From contig CAVTIO010000004.1 in the NCBI GenBank assembly GCA_963734935.1, positions 200,263-264,262 of the forward strand: a stretch of 64,000 bases of DNA. The letters are read 5' to 3'. The position numbers and the translations under genes were made by a program. This stretch comes from an uncultured Chloroflexia bacterium (lineage in GTDB: Bacteria; Chloroflexota; Limnocylindria; Limnocylindrales; CSP1-4). Within the stretch, counting starts at the first letter, position 1. Each line of letters begins with the position of its first letter. The notes beneath the pieces were generated by a model. That model saw nothing but the letters and a program-made list of their open reading frames with translations, ran no database searches and had not been told where the DNA came from. Positions 17,952 to 28,197 of the stretch are shown one piece after another.

Positions 17952-18865
17952 TCGTCATCGCCGGTGGGACCGGCCGCATGGGCCGCGAGCTCGCCATCCG
18001 CCTGGTTGAGCGAGGGCTCCCGGTCCGCGTGCTGGCGCGCGATCCGGCGCGGATCCCCGACTCGCTGCGCGATCGGGTCGAGGCGGTCATCGCCGACGTA
18101 TCCGAGCCGGGGACGCTGGTCCCGGCGCTCGCCGGTGCCGACACGGTCGTGTCGGCGATCACCGGCTTCGGAGGTCCCGGCGCCGCTGGGGCGCGTGTCG
18201 TGGACGGCGACGGCAACATCGCGTTGATCGACGCGGCCGATGCAGCTGGCACCGGCCACTTCGTCCTCCTCTCGGTACGCAGCGCCGCGCCCGACGCCCC
18301 GGTGTCGCTGTTTCGCGAGAAGTACCGGGCGGAGCAGCGCCTCGGGCGGGGGCGGATGGCAGGGACGATCATTCGGCCGACCGCCTACATGGAGACATGG
18401 ATCGACGTCGTCGGACGACCGCTGGTCACCACCGGCAGGACGCGAGTCTTCGGCCGTGGACGTAACCCGATCAACTTCGTGTCGGCGTCGGACGTGGCGG
18501 CCATCGCCGATCTCGCGGTCACCGACCCGTCGCTGCGCGGCACCCTGATCGACGCCGTCGGCCCCGAGAACCTCACCATGAACAGCCTGGTCGAAACGGT
18601 CCAGCGGGTGACGGGTGCCACCGGCCGGGTCGATCACGCCAGCCCGGGCATGATGCGGGTCCTCGCATCGGTGCTGCGGTTCGCAAGGCCAATCCTCGCC
18701 GACCAGGTTCGGGCCGGCCTGCTGATGGACACGGCGGACATGCGCGCCGATCCGGCGGACCGGCTGGCTCGCTTCCCGTCGATCCCGATGACCACGCTCG
18801 AGGAGGTCGTGAGGCGCGAGATCGCCCCGGTCGCCGGGCCCGCGGTCGCGCCGCAGCCCGGCTGA
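17948..18865 (+). CDS. NAD(P)-binding NmrA/atypical-SDR family protein
   Basis: Internal start MIVIAGGTGRMG (GxxGxxG Rossmann motif) at 17948. 305 aa, NmrA-like length and pattern. The upstream part of the track frame overlaps the previous gene. Confidence 0.65.
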   Translation: MIVIAGGTGRMGRELAIRLVERGLPVRVLARDPARIPDSLRDRVEAVIADVSEPGTLVPALAGADTVVSAITGFGGPGAAGARVVDGDGNIALIDAADAAGTGHFVLLSVRSAAPDAPVSLFREKYRAEQRLGRGRMAGTIIRPTAYMETWIDVVGRPLVTTGRTRVFGRGRNPINFVSASDVAAIADLAVTDPSLRGTLIDAVGPENLTMNSLVETVQRVTGATGRVDHASPGMMRVLASVLRFARPILADQVRAGLLMDTADMRADPADRLARFPSIPMTTLEEVVRREIAPVAGPAVAPQPG

Positions 18866-18936
18866 GGGATGGCGGCCGGTGACGCCGCTGGTACGCTCCG
18901 ATACGACGTCACCCCCGTGCCGGAGAGGGCATCCCG

Positions 18937-19431
18937 ATGAGCGATCCCCCCGAGATGGAGCTTCGCCGCCTCGCACCGCAGCCCACCGTCTGCGTGCACC
19001 TGGTGATCCCCATGTCCGAGGCGGACATGGGCGCGCTGTTCGGGCGCTATCTGCCGCTGGTCGCCTCGCGACTCCGTGATGTGGGCGCGACGGCTGCCGG
19101 CGCACCGTTCGGCCGCTTCCACCAGTGGGGTGGCGACGTGGCGGACATCGAGATCGGGGTCCCGGTTACCGCGCCTCCCGCGGGCCTGCGGCCGTTGTCC
19201 GCCGTCGAGCCCGGCGAGCCGGGGGTGTCCGAGCTGCCCGGCGGCCTGGTGGGGGTGGCGCTGCATCGAGGCCCCTACAACGGCCTGCCCGCCGTCTACC
19301 CGAAGCTCGGCGAGTGGATCAGGTCCCAGGGGCACACCCCGGGCGAGGGGCCATGGGAGGCGTATCTCGATGACCCTCAGGCAGTCGCTCACGCGACCCT
19401 GCGCACCGAGGTCGTCTGGCCGGTCGCCTGA
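18937..19431 (+). CDS. GyrI-like small-molecule-binding domain protein
   Basis: 164 aa. Size and pattern resemble AraC-effector/GyrI-like domains ([28 protein letters not shown]). Confidence 0.4.
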   Translation: MSDPPEMELRRLAPQPTVCVHLVIPMSEADMGALFGRYLPLVASRLRDVGATAAGAPFGRFHQWGGDVADIEIGVPVTAPPAGLRPLSAVEPGEPGVSELPGGLVGVALHRGPYNGLPAVYPKLGEWIRSQGHTPGEGPWEAYLDDPQAVAHATLRTEVVWPVA

Positions 19432-19535
19432 CTCGTGAGGGGCGGCGCGGGGCGGTTCCCATGGACGCGGGCGTGTGCTAGCCTTCCAATCCCGACCAAT
19501 CAACTCGGATATGCGATGCCCCTTCCGCTGACCGT

Positions 19536-19991
19536 ATGCCCGCTCCAGTGACCGCCGAGCCCGGCGTGGTCGGCAACCGGCCCGCGCCCGCCGGCATGCC
19601 CGACGCTCTCCTCCAGCCGCCGACGATCGCTGAGTCCAATGACCCGTTCAGCGCGCTCCGCATCGTGGATCTCGTGGCCCGCATCGACCGAGGCCGTCCC
19701 GTGCGCATCGACGACCTCGTGGATCGTCTGAACGCGACCTACCTCGACTGGCTGTTCACGCGCGCGGTCGTGGTCGATACGCTGGTCAGGCTCCAGGCGA
19801 ACTGGATGGCCGACTACCGGAATGCGTCGGGCATCGTCGTCGATGAGGGTCCGGCCGGACCCACCCTCACCCTCGAGGACTCGAGCCGTGTCGACCCCTG
19901 GATCGTTCACCAGGCGCAGCGCGAGGCCTCCGCGTGCAAACGCGCGCTCGACGCCTTCGCACGTCGCGACCACATCGCGGGCGGCGGCTGA
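19536..19991 (+). CDS. hypothetical protein
   Basis: 151 aa with coding-like high-GC third positions and no recognised motif. Confidence 0.35.
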   Translation: MPAPVTAEPGVVGNRPAPAGMPDALLQPPTIAESNDPFSALRIVDLVARIDRGRPVRIDDLVDRLNATYLDWLFTRAVVVDTLVRLQANWMADYRNASGIVVDEGPAGPTLTLEDSSRVDPWIVHQAQREASACKRALDAFARRDHIAGGG

Positions 19992-20205
19992 TCGTGCGCC
20001 ACGTGGTGCCGCGCCGGCCACCGTCCCCGCCCCGCATCGTGGGCCGCTGCTCGTGTCCCGGGCGGGCCCGGTCCGGCTAGGACCGCGTCCGCGTCCTCTC
20101 CCCCGCCGGTCTGTCCACGACGGCCGTCGACCGTCCCTGGCAGGACGCGTCCCGTCGATCGGAGCGCGTCCCACCCTTCTCCGCACCCGACAGGAGCCTT
20201 GTCCA

Positions 20206-21054
20206 ATGACCGTATCCGGCTACGCACGCGACGTGCTCGTCTCCGCCGAATGGGCCGCAGCCCACCTCGACGACCCGTCGGTCCAATTCGTCGAGGTCGA
20301 CGTCGACACCGCCGCCTACGACCAGAGCCACATCCCGGGCGCCGTTGCCTGGAGCTGGACGAGCCAGCTCGCCGATGGCGTGCGGCGCGACATCGCCGAT
20401 CGCGAGGACTTCAGCGAGCTGCTCAGCCAGAGCGGCGTCGGCCCCGACACCACCATCGTCCTCTACGGCGACAACAACAACTGGTTCGCCGCCTGGGCCT
20501 ACTGGCAGCTCAAGCTGTACGGCGTCGGGCGCGTCAAGCTGCTGAACGGTGGGCGCAAGTTCTGGCTCGATCACAACCTGCCGCTATCCACGGATACGCC
20601 GTCGTATGCGGCGAGCGCGATCCAGCTGCCCGAGCCCGAGTTCGCCCTCCGCGCGTTTCGGGATGACATCCTGCCCCGCCTCGGCGACCCGGCGCTCGCG
20701 CTCGTGGACGTGCGCTCACCGGCCGAATTCAACGGCGAGGTCATCGCCCCGCCCGGCATGACGGAGACCGCGCAGCGCGCGGGCCATATCCCTGGTGCGG
20801 CGTCCATTCCATGGGCGCAAACGGTCCGCGACGATGGGACGTTCAAGGACGCCGGGGAGCTCACGGAGCTTTACGGCTCCAAGGGGATCACGGCGGATCG
20901 CGACGTGATCGCCTACTGCCGGATCGGCGAGCGTTCGTCGCACTCGTGGTTCGTTCTCCACGAGCTCCTCGGGTTCGAGCGGGTGCGCAACTACGACGGG
21001 TCGTGGACGGAGTGGGGCTCGATGGTCGGGGTGCCGATCGAGCGGGAAGCCTGA
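20206..21054 (+). CDS. sseA: thiosulfate/3-mercaptopyruvate sulfurtransferase (tandem rhodanese domains)
   Basis: Internal ATG at 20206 (MTVSGYAR...) gives 282 aa with two rhodanese domains. The active-site loop CRIGERSS is in the C-terminal domain. The upstream 128 aa of the track frame are low-complexity and judged non-coding. Confidence 0.8.
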   Translation: MTVSGYARDVLVSAEWAAAHLDDPSVQFVEVDVDTAAYDQSHIPGAVAWSWTSQLADGVRRDIADREDFSELLSQSGVGPDTTIVLYGDNNNWFAAWAYWQLKLYGVGRVKLLNGGRKFWLDHNLPLSTDTPSYAASAIQLPEPEFALRAFRDDILPRLGDPALALVDVRSPAEFNGEVIAPPGMTETAQRAGHIPGAASIPWAQTVRDDGTFKDAGELTELYGSKGITADRDVIAYCRIGERSSHSWFVLHELLGFERVRNYDGSWTEWGSMVGVPIEREA

Positions 21055-21220
21055 TCGTTCGCCGGGGTCGCCCACGATCGAGGGCGGCCTCGAGCATCGC
21101 CGGGTTGGGCAGCAGGTGCAGCGGATCGACCAGGTCCGCTGCGCTCGCCATCGCCTCGTCGTGCTCGTCGACCCGAAGCCGTGGTTGAGCAACGTGGGGA
21201 GCGCCGGGTTGGGACCTGGG

Positions 21221-22372
21221 TCAGCTGTCGGCCCGGGGTCCGCGGCCATAGCGAGCCATGACGTCGAGCAGCCGGTCGTGGTCGAGCGCATGGGCCGTGA
21301 TGCCGTCCCGACCCACCATCGTCTCGGCCGCCAGGAGCGCGTTGACGATCGCTGCCTCGGTTGCCTCGACGGTGGCCTTGAACAGGGAGGTGAGGCGGCT
21401 GTCGGGCACCATCCGCACGTCCTGTGTCCGAGGCGTGTCAGGGCCCGCGTTGTCCGGGTTGCTGAGGCCGCGGTTGCCGGTGGCGAAGGCGAGGATCAGG
21501 TCGCCCGACGAGTTGTTGGCGGTGCTCCCCATGCGCGCCAGGCCGAGGGCGGCGCGCTGGGCAAGCCGTTGACACTGGTGCGGCAGCAGGGGCGCGTCGG
21601 TGGCGACGAGGATGATGATCGACCCTGATCCGGGCTCGGGCAGCAGGGCTTCGCGCGCGCGCTCCTCGGGGAACGGGGTCGGCACCTCCGAGACCGGGAT
21701 CTCGAGACCGACCGGAACGCCATCGACCCGGAGCTGCTCGCGCTCGCCGTAGTTCGCCTGCACGAGCACGCCCACCGTCCAGCCGGGATCGGGCCGAGGC
21801 GTCATCCGCGAGGCGCTGCCGATGCCACCCTTGAACTCGTGGCACACCATGCCCGTGCCGCCGCCCACGCCGCCCTGGGCCACCGGGCCATCGGATGCGG
21901 CGGCCAGTGCCTGGTCCACGTGCTCGCGCCGGACGTGCAGGCCGTCGATGTCGTTGAGGCCGCCGTCCCAGGTCTCGCCCACCACGGGCAGCGACCACAG
22001 CCCGCCGCCGTGGCGGCGATGGGCGATGGCGTGCGCGACAAGCGCGTCTCTGACGACCCCCACGCTGTGTGTGTTGGTGATCGCGACCGGGCCGCCAAGC
22101 ATCCCGGCCTCGCGGATCCACGCCAGCCCCGTCAGCTCGCCGTTGCCATTGAGCCGATGCGAGCCGGCGAACACGGGCTCGGACCATACGTCCCCGTCGT
22201 GGGGCATGACGACCGTGACCCCGGTCCGAATCGGACCGTTGCCGACCACCAGCGGTCCATCCCCGCTGATCAGCGTCGTATGCCCGACGCGCACGCCTGC
22301 GACGTCGGTGATCGCGTCGTTGGCCCCGGGCTCCAGGCGGCCGATGCGAAGATCGAGATCGCGGGCAGACAT
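21221..22372 (-). CDS. DmpA/OAT-family L-aminopeptidase/D-esterase (peptidase S58)
   Basis: 383 aa. Family-typical segments include GVRVGHTT, the GGVGGGTGMVCHEFKGGIGSAS nucleophile region, and IIILVATDAPL. Confidence 0.7.
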   Translation of the reverse strand: MSARDLDLRIGRLEPGANDAITDVAGVRVGHTTLISGDGPLVVGNGPIRTGVTVVMPHDGDVWSEPVFAGSHRLNGNGELTGLAWIREAGMLGGPVAITNTHSVGVVRDALVAHAIAHRRHGGGLWSLPVVGETWDGGLNDIDGLHVRREHVDQALAAASDGPVAQGGVGGGTGMVCHEFKGGIGSASRMTPRPDPGWTVGVLVQANYGEREQLRVDGVPVGLEIPVSEVPTPFPEERAREALLPEPGSGSIIILVATDAPLLPHQCQRLAQRAALGLARMGSTANNSSGDLILAFATGNRGLSNPDNAGPDTPRTQDVRMVPDSRLTSLFKATVEATEAAIVNALLAAETMVGRDGITAHALDHDRLLDVMARYGRGPRADS

Positions 22373-22443
22373 GGGCGTCCTCCATTGCCGGGCGGCGACC
22401 CCGGCCCAGGGTCGCGGTCGTCCGTCGCCCCTATCATCGGCCC

Positions 22444-23928
22444 GTGTCGACCCTGCCGGCGAGCCGATCCGCTGCGCGCACCCACCCCGGGAGCGTGCCT
22501 TCGTGGGGTGTCGGCGACGGCCCGGTCATGATCCGGGTGCCCGAGCTGGACGGCATCGCACCCGTCGACGCGGCCGAGGCGTTCCGTGACCTGCCGGGTC
22601 TGACCCTGCTGGAGAGCGCCCGGCCGGGACGGACGGGCCGCTGGAGCTACCTCGCCGCCGAACCGCTCGAGGTCCTCGAGGCGCCGGCCGCCGGCGTGGA
22701 TCCGTTCCGCGAGGCGCGGGTGCTGCTCGGGCGGCTCGACGCACGGCAGGCCGTCCCGGACGTTGCCGGGGCACATCCGCCGTTTGCGGGCGGGCTGGCC
22801 GGCTACCTTGGGTACGACCTCGGTCGACGTCTCGAGCGGCTGCCGAGCATTGCCGTGGCCGATCAGAACCTGCCCGACCTCCGGCTCGCGCTCCATGACT
22901 GGACGCTCGCCTGGGATCGCCGTGGCGGGGCGGCATGGCTGGCGGGTCGCGCGGTCGACCACGACGGGGACAGGCTCGAGCGCCGGCTTCGTGCCGTGCT
23001 CGACCGAGTGGCGGACGGTTGGCAGGCGTCCCGGCACCCGCAGGGCGCGGCGAGCCAGGCCGGTGTGCCCCCCACCGAGCTCCGATCGCGCACCAGCCAC
23101 ACCGAGTGGCTGCGCCAGGTCGAGTCGATCCACGAGTCGATTGCCGCCGGCGCCATCTACCAGGCGAACCTGGCCCGCCGCCTCGAGGCGGCGTTCAGCG
23201 GGGACCCATGGCCGATCTTCCGCCGGCTGCGTGCGGGCGATCCGGCGCTGTTCGCCGGCTACCTCGATCTTGGGCCGACACCAGCGGGGACCTCGCGGGC
23301 AATCCTGTCCGCATCGCCCGAGCCGTACCTCGCGGTCGATGGTGATGGGGTCGTCACCGCGGACCCGATCAAGGGAACCCGGCCCCGCGGTGCCACGCCG
23401 GAGACCGACCGCGCGCTGTTGCGCGAGCTGCTCGCGAGCGCCAAGGACCAGGCCGAGAACGTGATGATCGTGGACGTGCTGCGGAACGATCTCGGCCGCG
23501 TCTGCGAGCCGGGCTCGGTGCGGGTGCCGCGGCTGCTTCGGCCGGAGCGAACGGCCGCGGTCCAGCACCTGGTCACCACCGTCGCCGGCCGCCTGCGGCC
23601 GGACCGTGATGTGCTCGACCTGCTCGCGGCGTCATTCCCCGGTGGCAGCATCACCGGAGCGCCCAGGATCCGGGCGATGGAGGTGATCGAGTCGCTCGAG
23701 CCCGTGCGACGGGGGCCATACTGCGGCAGCATGCTGTGGATAGGCCCCGACCGACGGATGGGCTCGAGCATCATGATCCGCACGCTGGTCGCGGACGGGG
23801 GACGACTGACGTTCCACGTCGGGGGCGGGATCACGTGGCGAAGCGACGCGGAGGCGGAGTGGGCGGAGACGGTGGCAAAGGCGGGCGGTCCGCTTCGGGC
23901 GCTCGGGGCCGTGGAGGCAGATCGATGA
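22444..23928 (+). CDS. pabB: aminodeoxychorismate synthase component I (chorismate-binding enzyme)
   Basis: 494 aa. C-terminal chorismate-binding signature (GGSITGAPRIRAMEVIESLEPVRRGPYCGSMLW). Coupled by ATGA to a class-IV aminotransferase (ADC lyase), which supports PabB over TrpE. Confidence 0.75.
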   Translation: MSTLPASRSAARTHPGSVPSWGVGDGPVMIRVPELDGIAPVDAAEAFRDLPGLTLLESARPGRTGRWSYLAAEPLEVLEAPAAGVDPFREARVLLGRLDARQAVPDVAGAHPPFAGGLAGYLGYDLGRRLERLPSIAVADQNLPDLRLALHDWTLAWDRRGGAAWLAGRAVDHDGDRLERRLRAVLDRVADGWQASRHPQGAASQAGVPPTELRSRTSHTEWLRQVESIHESIAAGAIYQANLARRLEAAFSGDPWPIFRRLRAGDPALFAGYLDLGPTPAGTSRAILSASPEPYLAVDGDGVVTADPIKGTRPRGATPETDRALLRELLASAKDQAENVMIVDVLRNDLGRVCEPGSVRVPRLLRPERTAAVQHLVTTVAGRLRPDRDVLDLLAASFPGGSITGAPRIRAMEVIESLEPVRRGPYCGSMLWIGPDRRMGSSIMIRTLVADGGRLTFHVGGGITWRSDAEAEWAETVAKAGGPLRALGAVEADR

Positions 23929-24830
23929 CACCGGACCCGCAGCACGTCTGGATCGACGGGGAGCTGCGACCGGCGGCCGCGCCGCATGTCTCCTCGTTCG
24001 ACCGTGGCTTCCAGCAGGGCGACGGCATCTTCGAGACCCTGCGAGCCCGAGGCGGCCACGTGACCGAGCTGGAGGAGCATGTCGCGCGTCTGCAACGGTC
24101 GGCCGACGGGCTGTCCATCGAGCTGCCGACGGACATCGCACGACGCCTGGCCCAGGGGATCGACGCGCTGCTCGCCGCCGATACGCTCGACGGGCCGGAT
24201 GGCGACGCCTCGATCCGCATCACCGTGTCCCGCGGCTCCTGGTACGAGCGGGGCTTGCTGCCTCCTCGCGGTCAGACGGTCACGCCGACGATCGTGATCC
24301 AGGTTTGGCCCGTGCCGCCCGTCCCCGTCGGGCACCTGGAGCAGGGACTCTCGCTGGTGGCGTCGACGATCCGTCGCGACCCGGCCAACCCGCTCCTGAC
24401 GCTCAAGACAACCAGCCGGATCGACTATGTCTACGCGCGCCTGGAGGCGCGTCGCGCGGGTGCGGACGACGCCCTGTTCCTGACCAATTCGGGGCACCTG
24501 TCGGAGGCCACCTCGGCCAACATCGTGCTCATCCGGGAGGCCGCCGACGGCGTCGTGGAGCTGGCAACCCCTGCGCTCGACTGCGCGATCCTGCCCGGGA
24601 CCACCCGATCCTGGCTGCTGCGCTGGGCGAGCGAGGCGGGATTGCGGCCGATCGAAGGCTGGCTGACGCCTGACGAGCTGGCAGCGGCACACGAATCGTT
24701 CGTGTGCTCATCGGTCGCAGGCGTGCTGCCCGTGACCCGGTTCAACGACCATCCGATCGGCGCTGGGCGGCCAGGTCCGTGGACGATGCGCGCCCGGGCC
24801 GCGCGAGAGGCGTTCATTCGCGGCGACTGA
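23925..24830 (+). CDS. pabC: aminodeoxychorismate lyase (class IV PLP aminotransferase fold)
   Basis: Internal start MTPDPQHVWIDGE at 23925 (ATGA overlap with pabB). 301 aa. Class-IV motifs FETLRARGG and LTLKTTSRIDYV. Confidence 0.7.
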   Translation: MTPDPQHVWIDGELRPAAAPHVSSFDRGFQQGDGIFETLRARGGHVTELEEHVARLQRSADGLSIELPTDIARRLAQGIDALLAADTLDGPDGDASIRITVSRGSWYERGLLPPRGQTVTPTIVIQVWPVPPVPVGHLEQGLSLVASTIRRDPANPLLTLKTTSRIDYVYARLEARRAGADDALFLTNSGHLSEATSANIVLIREAADGVVELATPALDCAILPGTTRSWLLRWASEAGLRPIEGWLTPDELAAAHESFVCSSVAGVLPVTRFNDHPIGAGRPGPWTMRARAAREAFIRGD

Positions 24831-24856
24831 TCGGCGGGTCGACCTAGACTCTTCGG

Positions 24857-25423
24857 ATGACCCGTGACGAGCTCATCCTCAGAACCCGCCAGCTGATCGC
24901 CGAGGGCGAACGGCTTCACGCTCAGCCCTCGCTGACCGCGCTCCAGACCTGGCTCCAGCTGTCCGACGACCTGCTCGCGACCGCCTGGGGAACGATGGAT
25001 CGCTATCACCTCGCGTGGCTGATGGTCGGCAAGCCGAAGGACATCGTGCGCGGGCGAGCGATGACCGATGCGGAAGAGGCGGCCTACGTGCGCGAGGTTG
25101 CGGGCCAGAAGACGTCCGCCCTCCGGATGAGTCTCGATGCCGCCGAGCGTCAGGGCATGCCGTTCCGCGGAGAGACGGGGGGCGTCGGTGCCGGCCAGGG
25201 CATGGGCGAGGTGCCGAAGGCGGACGCGTCGGATGCGAACCCGGACGCGGACACGGCCGCTGGTCCGGAGCCGGCGGCCGGGCCGGAGGGCCATCGCGCG
25301 ATCCCGCTCGATCCTGCAATGCAGCAGCGTCTCGATGAGGTTCGGCGGGCCGCCGCCGAGCACGCCGAGCACGACCCGAACGCCCCACGCCGTGCTCCCC
25401 GCCCGGACCGGTTGCAGCGATGA
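24857..25423 (+). CDS. hypothetical protein (acidic/Pro-rich C-terminus)
   Basis: 188 aa. Helical N-domain with a low-complexity tail. ATGA overlap with the downstream DUF885-like gene. Confidence 0.4.
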   Translation: MTRDELILRTRQLIAEGERLHAQPSLTALQTWLQLSDDLLATAWGTMDRYHLAWLMVGKPKDIVRGRAMTDAEEAAYVREVAGQKTSALRMSLDAAERQGMPFRGETGGVGAGQGMGEVPKADASDANPDADTAAGPEPAAGPEGHRAIPLDPAMQQRLDEVRRAAAEHAEHDPNAPRRAPRPDRLQR

Positions 25424-26715
25424 CGCGCGCCCGAACCGTGGCGATGGGTGGCGTCCGGGACGTCCCGGTCCCCGACCCGATCGCCCGCGACTACCTGCTC
25501 CTCGCGCTCCGCATCGACCAGCACGCGCCGGGCACCGTGGACGCCTATATCGGTCCGGCCGATCTCAAGGCGCAGGTGGACACGGAGCAGCTGCGACCGG
25601 CAGCGAGGCTCGCCGATGATGCCGCGGCTCTGCGCGACCGGCTCGACGCCGAGGTCGACGCCGCGGATCGCCGGGACTGGCTCGATCTGCAGCTGGTGGC
25701 CATCGAAACGCTGGCGCGGGTCCAGGCCGGGGAGCGGATCGGCTACCTCGAGCAGGTCACGCGTTGCTTCGCGCACACGCCGACCCGCACCCCGGAGACG
25801 GACCTGGATCGCGTGGCGGCTGAGCTCGACACGCTGCTGCCGGGCGACGGCCAGCTGGCTGACCGGCTGGCCGACGAGGATCGTCGCTGGATGGTCGAGC
25901 CGGATCGGCTGCCGTCGGTGGTGGATCGATTGATCGAGCGCCACCGAGCGCGAGCCCGCGAGCTGTTCGACGTGCCCGAGGGCGAGGCGCTGCAGCTGTC
26001 GTTCGTTCGCGGTCAGCCATGGGCCGCCTACAACTGGTACGAGGGCGGGCTGCGGTCGCGCATCGACGTCAACATCGACCGGCCGATCGAGCTCACTCGC
26101 CTCGTGGGCATGCTCGCCCACGAGGCCTTCCCGGGCCACCACCTCGAGCACACCGCGAAAGAGCGGGCGCTCATCGAAGATGCTGGACGCATGGAGGCCA
26201 GCGTGCTGCTGATCAACACCCCCGAGTGCCTGATCTCGGAGGGTCTCGCCGAGGCGGGACGGGCGTTCGCCGTCGGGGACGGCGAGCTGACCGACCTGTT
26301 GGTCGAGCTTGCCCCGAGCGTTGGGAGCGCGCTCGGGCACGACGGTGCCTCGCTGGTGGCAGCGGCGGAGCGGACCGCAACCATCAGTTCTCTCCGCCAC
26401 GCGCTGGACGCGGTGCGCGTCAACGCGGCGCTGGCGCTCCACGAGGATGGCTGGCCGCGACCGCGCGTCGTCGACTACCTGGTCGAGGCCGGACGGTTCA
26501 GCCCGGAGGCAGCCGAGCAGCGGCTCGCGTTCATCGAGCACCCGATGTGGCGGCTCTACGTGCACGCGTATCCCGAGGGTGAAGCCCTGGTCCGCCGCTG
26601 GCTCGAGGGGGTCGCGGAGCCCGAGCGACCGGCCCGCTTCTCCCGGCTGCTGCACGAGCAGCTGACCCCGCCCGCCCTCGCGCGCAAGGCGGGCCCAGCC
26701 GACACGGCCGCCTGA
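25420..26715 (+). CDS. DUF885-like putative metallohydrolase (HExxPGHH motif)
   Basis: 431 aa. Contains LAHEAFPGHHLEH. The same HE-x2-PGHH motif occurs in the DUF885 paralog at 47217..48887 (HETYPGHHWH). Confidence 0.55.
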   Translation: MTRARTVAMGGVRDVPVPDPIARDYLLLALRIDQHAPGTVDAYIGPADLKAQVDTEQLRPAARLADDAAALRDRLDAEVDAADRRDWLDLQLVAIETLARVQAGERIGYLEQVTRCFAHTPTRTPETDLDRVAAELDTLLPGDGQLADRLADEDRRWMVEPDRLPSVVDRLIERHRARARELFDVPEGEALQLSFVRGQPWAAYNWYEGGLRSRIDVNIDRPIELTRLVGMLAHEAFPGHHLEHTAKERALIEDAGRMEASVLLINTPECLISEGLAEAGRAFAVGDGELTDLLVELAPSVGSALGHDGASLVAAAERTATISSLRHALDAVRVNAALALHEDGWPRPRVVDYLVEAGRFSPEAAEQRLAFIEHPMWRLYVHAYPEGEALVRRWLEGVAEPERPARFSRLLHEQLTPPALARKAGPADTAA

Positions 26716-26755
26716 GCGTCGCCGTGCGGTCGCGGGCGCCGACTCCCGGGATCGA

Positions 26756-27296
26756 TCAGCGTGCGCGCACGGCGGCGACGGCGGCTGCGGCCAGCACCAG
26801 CATCGGCGCCAGGAGCCCGAACCGCGCGTCCGCATAGGCGACCGGACCCAGCACGCCGCCCTCGACCAGCGCCCACGCCCACAGCAGCAGCAGCCCGCCG
26901 ACCACGGAACCCCCCGCCAGGAGCGCACCCATGGTCGGCCGCAGCCATCTCCGATCGGCACGTCGGATCGGCATCGCCCAGATCACCGCGAGCGCGACCG
27001 CCCAGCCGATGAAGGCAGCCAGCACGAGCATGCCGGGACCGAGATCAAACGAACCCAGCACCCCGACAAGGATGGCGCCGGCGACGACCGTGGCGGCGAT
27101 CGCACCGACAGCTGCGACACGGCCAGGACCCGCTGCGACGCGCCCGGGTCGATCTGCGCTCGAGGCACCCGCACCATAGCGCTCGCCCGGCGCGCGCTCG
27201 AGTCGGTGCGGGACCCGATCGACGGGCGCGCGATCGCCGGGCTCCGGGTCGCTCGTCGGTGGCCGACCGGCCGATGCCAGGTTCTCGTCATCCATG
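26756..27296 (-). CDS. hypothetical integral membrane protein
   Basis: Internal start MDDENLASAG at 27296. Four hydrophobic helices. The longer track frame has an Arg/Pro-rich, probably spurious, N-terminus. Confidence 0.35.
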
Positions 27297-27342
27297 ACGA
27301 GGATGCTACGCGGGGACGCGCGGGACGGTATCCTCAACCACC

Positions 27343-27822
27343 GTGGGTCACCCCTCGCTCGGCCAGCCGCCCCGCAGCCTCCACGTCCAGCCGGAGGCGG
27401 CCGCGACGCTGCGCGCGGCCCGGTCCGCGATCGCGGCACGGGCGCTCGAGATCGCGGTCGATGCCGACCCCACGATGCGGGAGCGCCATGACGAGGCGGG
27501 CCTGCGCAACCTGCTGCGTGACGCTGAGGTCTTCACCGACCGACTGGCACTCTGTGTCGCCGGCGACGACCCGTACTGGCTGCGCGAGTTCGCGGATCAG
27601 ACGGCGCCCGTCTTCCGACGCCGGAAGGTGCCCGTCGATGACGTCGTCCAGGTGTGCGACGGCATCCGCGCGGGTGCGCGTGGCGTGGTCGACGAGTCCG
27701 TGATGCCGTCGGTCGACCGCGCGATCGACGCCGCGATCGAGATCTTCCGCTGGTACCGGACCCTCGCCGGTGACGCGCGCCGACGCAACCCCATCGTCGC
27801 GGCTCTGTACAAGGGCATCTAG
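27343..27822 (+). CDS. hypothetical helical protein
   Basis: 159 aa, coding-like, with no recognised motif. Lies immediately upstream of the DUF433 gene. Confidence 0.35.
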   Translation: MGHPSLGQPPRSLHVQPEAAATLRAARSAIAARALEIAVDADPTMRERHDEAGLRNLLRDAEVFTDRLALCVAGDDPYWLREFADQTAPVFRRRKVPVDDVVQVCDGIRAGARGVVDESVMPSVDRAIDAAIEIFRWYRTLAGDARRRNPIVAALYKGI

Positions 27823-27831
27823 GGACCGGCG

Positions 27832-28158
27832 ATGACGATCAAATGGGTCAAGGTCGATCCGCTCGTGATGAATGGTGAGCCGTTCTGCTACGGCACGCGG
27901 CTGACCGTGCGCCAGGTGCTCGAGCTGCGGGCGAATGGCTACTCGGTGGTGGACCTGATGAAGGACTTCCCCGAGCTCAAGCGGATGGGGATCGCCTCGG
28001 CCTACGCCTACGCGGCGGACCACCGTGACCGGTACGGAGACTTCTTCGAGCCCGATGGCTCGCTCGCGGGCCCCGGCTTCACCGAGGACGAGGCGGCCAT
28101 GCTGCCTCCGAGCCTGCGCAAGCCCGGGATCGTGGTCAAGGCCACGGCGGCCGCGTAG
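27832..28158 (+). CDS. DUF433 domain protein (antitoxin-like)
   Basis: 108 aa. DUF433 signature VMNGEPFCYGTRLTVRQVLELRANGYSVVDLMKDFPEL. No DUF5615/PIN partner follows. Confidence 0.6.
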   Translation: MTIKWVKVDPLVMNGEPFCYGTRLTVRQVLELRANGYSVVDLMKDFPELKRMGIASAYAYAADHRDRYGDFFEPDGSLAGPGFTEDEAAMLPPSLRKPGIVVKATAAA

Positions 28159-28197
28159 GTCTCGGTCCTTCCGCGACCGCAGGCGACCTCCGTCGCG

